A DNA stretch of 64,000 nt from contig OX597815.1 of assembly GCA_951406725.2 (NCBI GenBank), forward strand, positions 104,718,001 to 104,782,000. Direction: 5' to 3'. Origin of the DNA: Octopus vulgaris (Eukaryota). Below are positions 57,201 through 64,000 of the stretch, in pieces; positions within the stretch are counted from its first letter, which is position 1, and each line of letters begins with the position of its first letter. The translations under genes were made by a program, and so were the position numbers. The notes under the pieces were generated by a model that ran no database searches, was not told the origin of the DNA, and was given only the letters and a program-made list of their open reading frames with translations.

Positions 57201-57629
57201 TGTAGATGTGTTCAAAGAACAATCAAACTAATTTTTATCTAATGTTTCAAATGAATTCACATCAGGGCAAAAAAAAAAAAAAGAAAAGAAAACGCAAAGA
57301 AGGACAGCTCTGTCTAACTCTCTACTTCCCCAGGATCAGTTCCGGTGACAGGCCCAGAAAGTAAGACTAAGATAATGACAGTGCTTTAGAATGGGCACAG
57401 CCTCTGTCTGAAATTGCTAATAGGATAATAGGTTAAATGCAAACACATACATATATATGTGTGTGTGTGTGTGTATGTGTGTGACTTCAGATATTAGATC
57501 TCTGTAACAATATGGTATAAAGTGTTCTCCTGATAATTCCTTGCGGTTAGGCATCCACATGCACTTAAAACAGCCAATGTTGAGTTCCATATAACTATAA
57601 TAGTGAAACGCACGAGGGAACTATTAAGC

Positions 57630-57826
57630 CAGTGGTTCCCAACTTGTCGTCTGCGGACCCCTGGTGGTCCACAAAAGTAGCATTGGGGGTTCGTGAAGTA
57701 AGTTCAAAATTTCATGTATATATATATATATATATATATATAAGTATAACCATATTAAAAGGGATTCGTGAGTAAACTCATTTAAATAAAAAGAGTCCTT
57801 AGTGTTGAAAAGGGTGGGTACCACTG
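57630..57826. mobile_element. hAT (Charlie-like) MITE
   Basis: TIRs cagtggttcccaac / ggtgggtaccactg; 8-bp TSD tattaagc/aattaagc. Confidence 0.85.
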
Positions 57827-58006
57827 AATTAAGCTGTTCATGTGTTTATCTTAATTTTTCACTACATTTGCCTTGTATATCACAACTTGTAATACTGCTA
57901 AGTACAGAGGTGGACTAACCACAATATCGGAAGCTGACAGGATAATGATAATCCATATGAAGCTCTAACTCGTATATTAGTGGTCGTACATCTCACTGCA
58001 CGCACA

Positions 58007-58053
<47 letters not shown>

Positions 58054-58132
58054 CACACAGACATATCTATCTATGATATACATGAATACACATGCATACA
58101 TACATACATACATACATACATACATACATACA

Positions 58133-58165
<33 letters not shown>

Positions 58166-58595
58166 GTGAGTGTGAATTTATGTAGAGTGTGTATTATAGA
58201 TAGATAGATGACATAGACTTAGATATAGCTCTGAGCTTTCGCGATTCGGTTCGAAAGTATGTGATTCTGAGTTAGTTCGATCTCTAAGTATGCCACTTAC
58301 CTTCTCATGTGCCTCCTACGACAACCTCACGTTCACCGTAATGTTGAGTAGATCTTGTCACGGAGTAATTGTTTAGAATACCACTATATGTATGAGTATG
58401 TGTGTGTATCTGTCTGTTTTCTTGTGTATGTGTGTTTGTGTGTGCATATGTATGTGTGTGTGCGCGCGCGCGTCTGTGCGTCTGTGTGTGTGTGTGTGCG
58501 TGCGCGTGTGTGTCTGTACGTGCGTGGTTTTATAAAAGCTGGCACCCAGCGTCCGGTTATTCGAATTTCACGTTCTCAGTGACCGGTATTCAAAA

Positions 58596-59300
58596 TATCT
58601 CTTATATAAAATCCGTTCTGTCTGTCTGTCTGTGTGTGTGTGTGTCTTCTCGGATCTCGGGCATCCTCCATCCGATTGCACTCAAATTTGATATGTAGAT
58701 ACCGACGGTATCAGGGCGTGTATAAATCTTGAAAAAATTACACAAATCGATTCCAGATGGGAATGCGATCGATAAAGCCGTTTTTATCCTGCTTTTCTTC
58801 CGTCAACCTGCACATAACCGCACCTTCCATTTTTTGCTGTTTTTGTACTGTTTAAAGGCACGTTTCTTTCCTGCCAAGCTTACTATTTAAGCCATGTTTG
58901 TGTTCTCCCAGTCAACAACCTTATCATTACTGGTACTTTAAACTATTCGGATGCATAATTGTGTGAATAAAATCGTTTTTCTTTGGAATAGAAAAAAAGT
59001 CCATCTTTATTTCTTCTTTAGCTGGTGTCTCAAATTTAGGTTAAATCAGTGTTTCTCAAAGAGGAGGCCTATGGGATGGTCGGACAAATTGTTTTAAGTA
59101 AATTTGGTTTAAATTTTTAACAACTCAGCACTGTCCATAGGACGTTTTGCTCGTATAATATATAGAGAAAAGTGCAAAGAGAAGCTTCTGAGTTAGAAAA
59201 GCAGGTAAATTAATTTTATATAGAAAAAACTTTTTAAAAACAGAAAAAGTACATATGTTTTGTTTTGTTTTGAAAATCACGCAATTTCATACCGGGTGAA
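58596..59300 (+). mobile_element. Non-autonomous Helitron-like element (3' end decayed)
   Basis: Starts a|TCtcttatataaaa, then (ctgt)n and ccgattgcactcaaatttg, a pattern typical of invertebrate Helitron-N/DINE-like 5' regions. No intact CTAG end was seen. Confidence 0.5.
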
Positions 59301-59965
59301 GTGTGTGTGAAAGAGTTGAAGAGATTATACCTAGAGTGAATGATACAGCATCTCATATCAGATGAAAAGGAAACGTTTTAAGGCAATGTTCAGCTCCCAT
59401 AGATATTCATTAATCAAACGGGATAGGAAGCATTCTATATAAGAACTATATAGGATTCGAAATCAGTGATAGTGGTTTTAAAATACCTTAGATTCGGGCC
59501 GCGAGGGCTCACCTCAAAAGCGAACTTACTTTGGGAGGGTAATTTGTTACATAGCCACAAGATGAAAACGAACGAAATACTAATTGTGAATATTATGCGT
59601 TTTCAATTCCACGCTGCTCTTACTTAGCTCATTTCTCCCTGTGGTCATAAAGCCAGACATTTCCACTTTCTCTACTACTCGAGATTAACCACTTCTTTCA
59701 AATAATCCTATTTTAAAATTACCACAAAACAATTTTTGTTCTTCAAAATATTCGATGATGACCCACTTTCAAAACATATTGTATAGTCTAAAGATTTATT
59801 CGAACACATACAATTTCATACCTACATATATAGTCATTAACTTTTAAGCATATTATTGCAACGACATTCGATTTTTATTATTTGTATATTTTACTGTTTA
59901 TTATTTTGATAGACAATGATATGTAATATTTATTATCTCTAAATTTCGATGAAATGTTTATAATA

Positions 59966-60528
59966 GAGGAAACGAGAGACGGGCAACGGCGGGGCGGGTG
60001 CGAGGAGAGAGAGCAGAGGCATGGACCACGGGACGTGCTCTGGCAAGGGCAGTGTGGATAGTTGTGAGGGGATATCCACGAAGGATGAAGTGGCGAGCTA
60101 TGAGTTGAGATTGAGGCTCAAAGTCATGGTTGTCACTGCAGAGCCTGTGCAGACGGAGGAATTGGGAATTGGGGATGGATAGCTTGGTGTGTGTAGGGTG
60201 GAAGGAGAAGATGAGGTAGGAGTGTGATTCGGTGTGTTTGTAGTGGATGCACGTAGTGAGAGTAGAGTTGTGTATGTTGATCGAAATGTCGAGAAAGGCG
60301 AGGGAAGTGTTGGAAATGGTTCAAGAGAATTCGTGGGCAGGATTGGACAGAGGATTGGACAAAGGAGAGAAAGGAGTGTAGTTGCTCAAGGAGAGCGATG
60401 TCGCACCAATACAATTATCAGTATAACAACTGTATATTTCAGGAATGGGACCATTGAATCTTGAGAATATTTGGGCTTCAACGTAGCCAACGAACAGGTT
60501 CATAGTTGGAGCCCATTCTCGTTTCCAT
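59966..60528 (-). mobile_element. Second Penelope-like RT fragment
   Basis: Collinear homologue of ~9270-9840 (NLFVGYVEAQIFSRF..YTDNCIGAT; HTKLSIPNSQFLRLHRLC; RGYP). The 5' truncation abuts (TA). Confidence 0.87.
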
Positions 60529-63500
60529 ATATAAATATATATAAAGGCTATACTGGTCTTAGAATCGCTCTTACTAACGTTTTGTCCTGTTATCTAGCCA
60601 TTCTGTAAATAGAGACCAGATTGAAATAGATACTCGTAGGTTTAAGTTAAGATCAATCAAATAAATACTTGAAGTTAGTGCATCAATATGGTCACCACCC
60701 AATGACTGGACGAGCATAAGAAGACAAACCAAAACGCTAACACACACACACAAATAATTTTTTCTTGTGAGTAGAAGTATGAAGAATGAAATCAAAAATT
60801 CACTTTTAAGAAGATTATTTACAGTAATTTAATCGTCTTCATTTTTTCATGATTTTCAAATGTACTGTGAGATAGACAGTCGTAGAGCTTTGCCGTAAAT
60901 ATCCCGAGTGACCAGAGTTTTAAAATTAGCTTCCTTTTCTGGATAGATTTTGGTTGAAATTTTCATCAGTCAAGGTACAGTTTGATTGATTACGATAGTT
61001 ACGAGAACAGGCATAGAATTTAGTTCGTTCTCCGTGATGTCTGATTATTGGAATCATATAAATGCATGGACGACAATTGTGCTTTCTACTTTAGTTCATT
61101 CATGTAAATCTTAATTATTATTCTCCTTAATAATGTGTAATTCTCGAAACGTTTTTGGCTTCGGTGCATTCATCTTTATTGAACACTTTTTCGATTGTTG
61201 TATTTTTGCTGTAAATTTCTACGCTCTTTAGGTGCTTTCGGTTTTTGGACTTCAGGTTATATTTGGTCGATATGAGTGTGTGTATGCGTATGTGTGTGTG
61301 CGCGCGCGCGTGCGTATGTAAAAATGAGTGCTAGAATGAATGAATATAATGAAGGCTGTTTAATTGTAGAAATATTTACCGGCTACTTTCTCCTTACATG
61401 TATTGTAAATATATCAATATATATTTCGAAATTGAAAGTCCTATCAAAACGAACTGGAGTGTCTTCACCATAATGTGGGAACATCGTATAGTGTACACTC
61501 TTATCTAAATTACTTCGTCACCGTACAGCGTAATCGACACTACCCAATTCCAGACCTCAGTAATCTTGTTGTCAAGCACGTGGAACGTATTGATCGCATC
61601 GATCAAAAATTCCACAGTATCGATGTTTTGATTTGTTTTCTGAATTTCAGAAGTTGTTTGTCTGATTCCATTTGGACAACTGTATGAATTGTAGACATGT
61701 CTGCTGCTACGAATCAAAGGTGGATCACTATGAGGACACTCTACATGCTAAAAACTTCAACTAAATCCCTCTTCATTATGCGCCCTATTGACTTAAAAAG
61801 ATAAGGATTGATTAGATAGTGTAGTCCCCGATAAGAGAATGAAGCAAATAAAGTAACTGATAAAGTGCCTTTAGTCATATGCCAATGAAGTGAATATATC
61901 AGTCTCAGTGCTATATAGCAAAATATCACATTAGACCTTCCTAAGACCACTCTCAAGTTACATCTTGCTGAGATACATAATTTTCTTTCGAGAGGTTAGT
62001 GACATATTTTAAGACATTCATTTTCGTTTGCTTGTTATTGCATACAGACAATAGAAATACGTTGAAGTAACCTCTGTTACAATAGTATAACCAATATATG
62101 ATCACAATAATAAATGAGTAACTTTGTAACAAAATATCAATAAACTCCATGTCTTTCACCTGAAGAAATGTTTAAGGCAGCTGATATACCTTATGGAATT
62201 AAGATGGCAGAGATTATTTCATAAGCATTGATTTCTGTTAAGAGTGTACCCCTCAAGATATACACAGTTAACAGGCTAAAAGAATTACTTGGCAAAGTAG
62301 TAAGGTGTAAAAAATTATTTGCCAGAGTGGTGTGGTGTTTAGAAAAATAAACTGATTTCAATAGCTTGTTCTATTCACAAGAACGCCATTGTTTACGAAG
62401 TATCTTAATATAGTAGCCAAATCAGTAGATCAGTAGCCTTTTATTATTTTTTAAAATATACTTGCCAGTTTTTAACTGAATGGCAAGCTTGGTTTACATT
62501 GATTTTAGCTGTAGAAACCTATGAAAGAGATATCTGATTGCTTTAGGTGTTTTTGTGAAAAATGCTTGGGATTACGGAAAGATTTATTTTCCACAAAGAT
62601 TGATTCTTTGATTATAATTTTAACGGAAACGACCTATTGGTTCCAAGTAACTGGAGACACACGAAAAAAAAAATAGCTGAAGACATAATTATTGAAAGCA
62701 TAATAATGGAAAGAAGAAAAGAATGTTCGACACACACTGAGTTGCTTTCCAAAGTAGACTATTTTATAATGAATATGTAACTACTGGATTCCATATTCCT
62801 TAGAGCAATTACGCAGCAAAGCCGACCAAGATGTTTTACAGTTTAATGTAACAATAACTGCCATGCTAGTTTTGCTGTAAATTCACGTCTCGAAATTATC
62901 CCTGCTGTATTTATACGAATATGATATTGAACCTTTTAGGATAATGGAATATACGAGGACATATTGTTCCTTTAACAATGTTAAATATATCTCATGCGAA
63001 TTTTATACTTTTTCACAGCTAATCTACTCTCTATAATGATTCCAAAGCGTATGTGATGTGAAAAATTCTCACATGTAAAAATGCGTGACTCACAGAAATA
63101 CGTTTCTCTATTTAAATAAAATGTGAGATGAATAAAAAAAATACTATTTTAGAAACATAACTTTCTCATAATCTCATTTCAGATCATAGCAAATACTTAT
63201 TAATCTCAAACACCATACAGAGTACTGGGAACAAAGTTTCGTTTGCATGTGCTAATATTTTGGACAATGTAAGTTGTAAATAATTTTACTTGCGTAAGTT
63301 TAATAAATATACATTGAACATCACTGAGCAAAATGACATGATTATCAGGATTGTTTAAGATACCTATTCCATAGAGAGAAGGCAAGAAGGAGAACATAGT
63401 TACCAACTACTTTTGGAAAATAAGATAACCGGTAAATACCTTACTTATATTTCTGTACAAACGTCGGCGAAGCATATTTTCTAAATTACGGAGATAAAGC

Positions 63501-64000
63501 TTTTGTGGATAAGTTGTAAGTAAATTTTATTGTGAGCATTCCGTAGGTATATATATATATAACATTGCAGAGCAAACAAACACCACGGTTAAGCCAGAGT
63601 GCCTTGTCTACAAATTGAATGAAATAAACATTATCCATAAGCCAGATATTGACCAGGCTAAACTAGCCGAGCTGATTTGTCAGTCTATAAAATCTTGTTT
63701 ACCTACGGATCTCAAATCTATATTTATGAAACCTACACATCTAGATGTGTATGTGTGTGTGTGTTTAATTACATTGAATGAAAAATAACTTCCTACCAAG
63801 TCTACTGGCTGCGCAAGCGCAGATGTTAGTCGAAACTGAGTAGACAGTGCATAGGTGCAATCGGAAATATGTGTCATATTTACGTTTATAGTTTCCCTGA
63901 AAGTGACGTTAGATTTCACGTATGGTAATTAACAGGTGATTTGATCTATATTTCAATAAATTTACACCAATAGACAACACTACACGCACATATCAGAAGC

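Noticed and set aside
61475-61700. Weak resemblance to Gypsy RT (HYPIPDL; PFGQLYE)
   Set aside because: Too degenerate; no YxDD or flanking domains. An HMM search would be needed.
61953-62175. Minus-strand ttcttcag|GTG acceptor-like site followed by a 68-aa frame
   Set aside because: No recognisable protein similarity and no convincing donor; it does not match the expected upstream HCN exon.
63206-63406. ORF containing GILNNPDNHVILL, superficially like the HCN S2-S3 linker
   Set aside because: It lies upstream of the S1-S2 exon on the minus strand (wrong order) and lacks DP..IA..Y..WF..D.

Overview
This is AT-rich, microsatellite-saturated eukaryotic DNA. The repeat families (tRNA-derived SINEs, R4/Dong-like, CR1, Tx1-like and Penelope-like retroelements) suggest a coleoid cephalopod, probably Octopus; that assignment is an inference. 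I found one host exon: a 164-bp minus-strand internal exon at 52696-52859 with canonical splice sites, encoding the S1-S2 helices of an HCN/Ih hyperpolarisation-activated channel. It is missed by the ORF track. No neighbouring HCN exon was seen by eye, so most or all of the window is probably very large HCN introns. Nearly all listed ORFs are microsatellite or transposon artefacts. The most notable structures are: (1) several families of small hammerhead-ribozyme-like motifs, including core variants (G3-C8 swap; A6U plus an extra purine), on short elements embedded in (TA)n tracts, one physically attached to a Penelope-like RT and several in the sense of the HCN pre-mRNA; (2) a dense cluster of palindromes at 24.4-27.1 kb, including a perfect 117-bp-arm hairpin; (3) co-oriented stacks of R4/Dong-like and non-coding elements in (TAA)n tracts; (4) an inverted SINE cluster about 2.6 kb from the channel exon, a candidate ADAR substrate. 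All calls were made by eye, and repeat boundaries are approximate.
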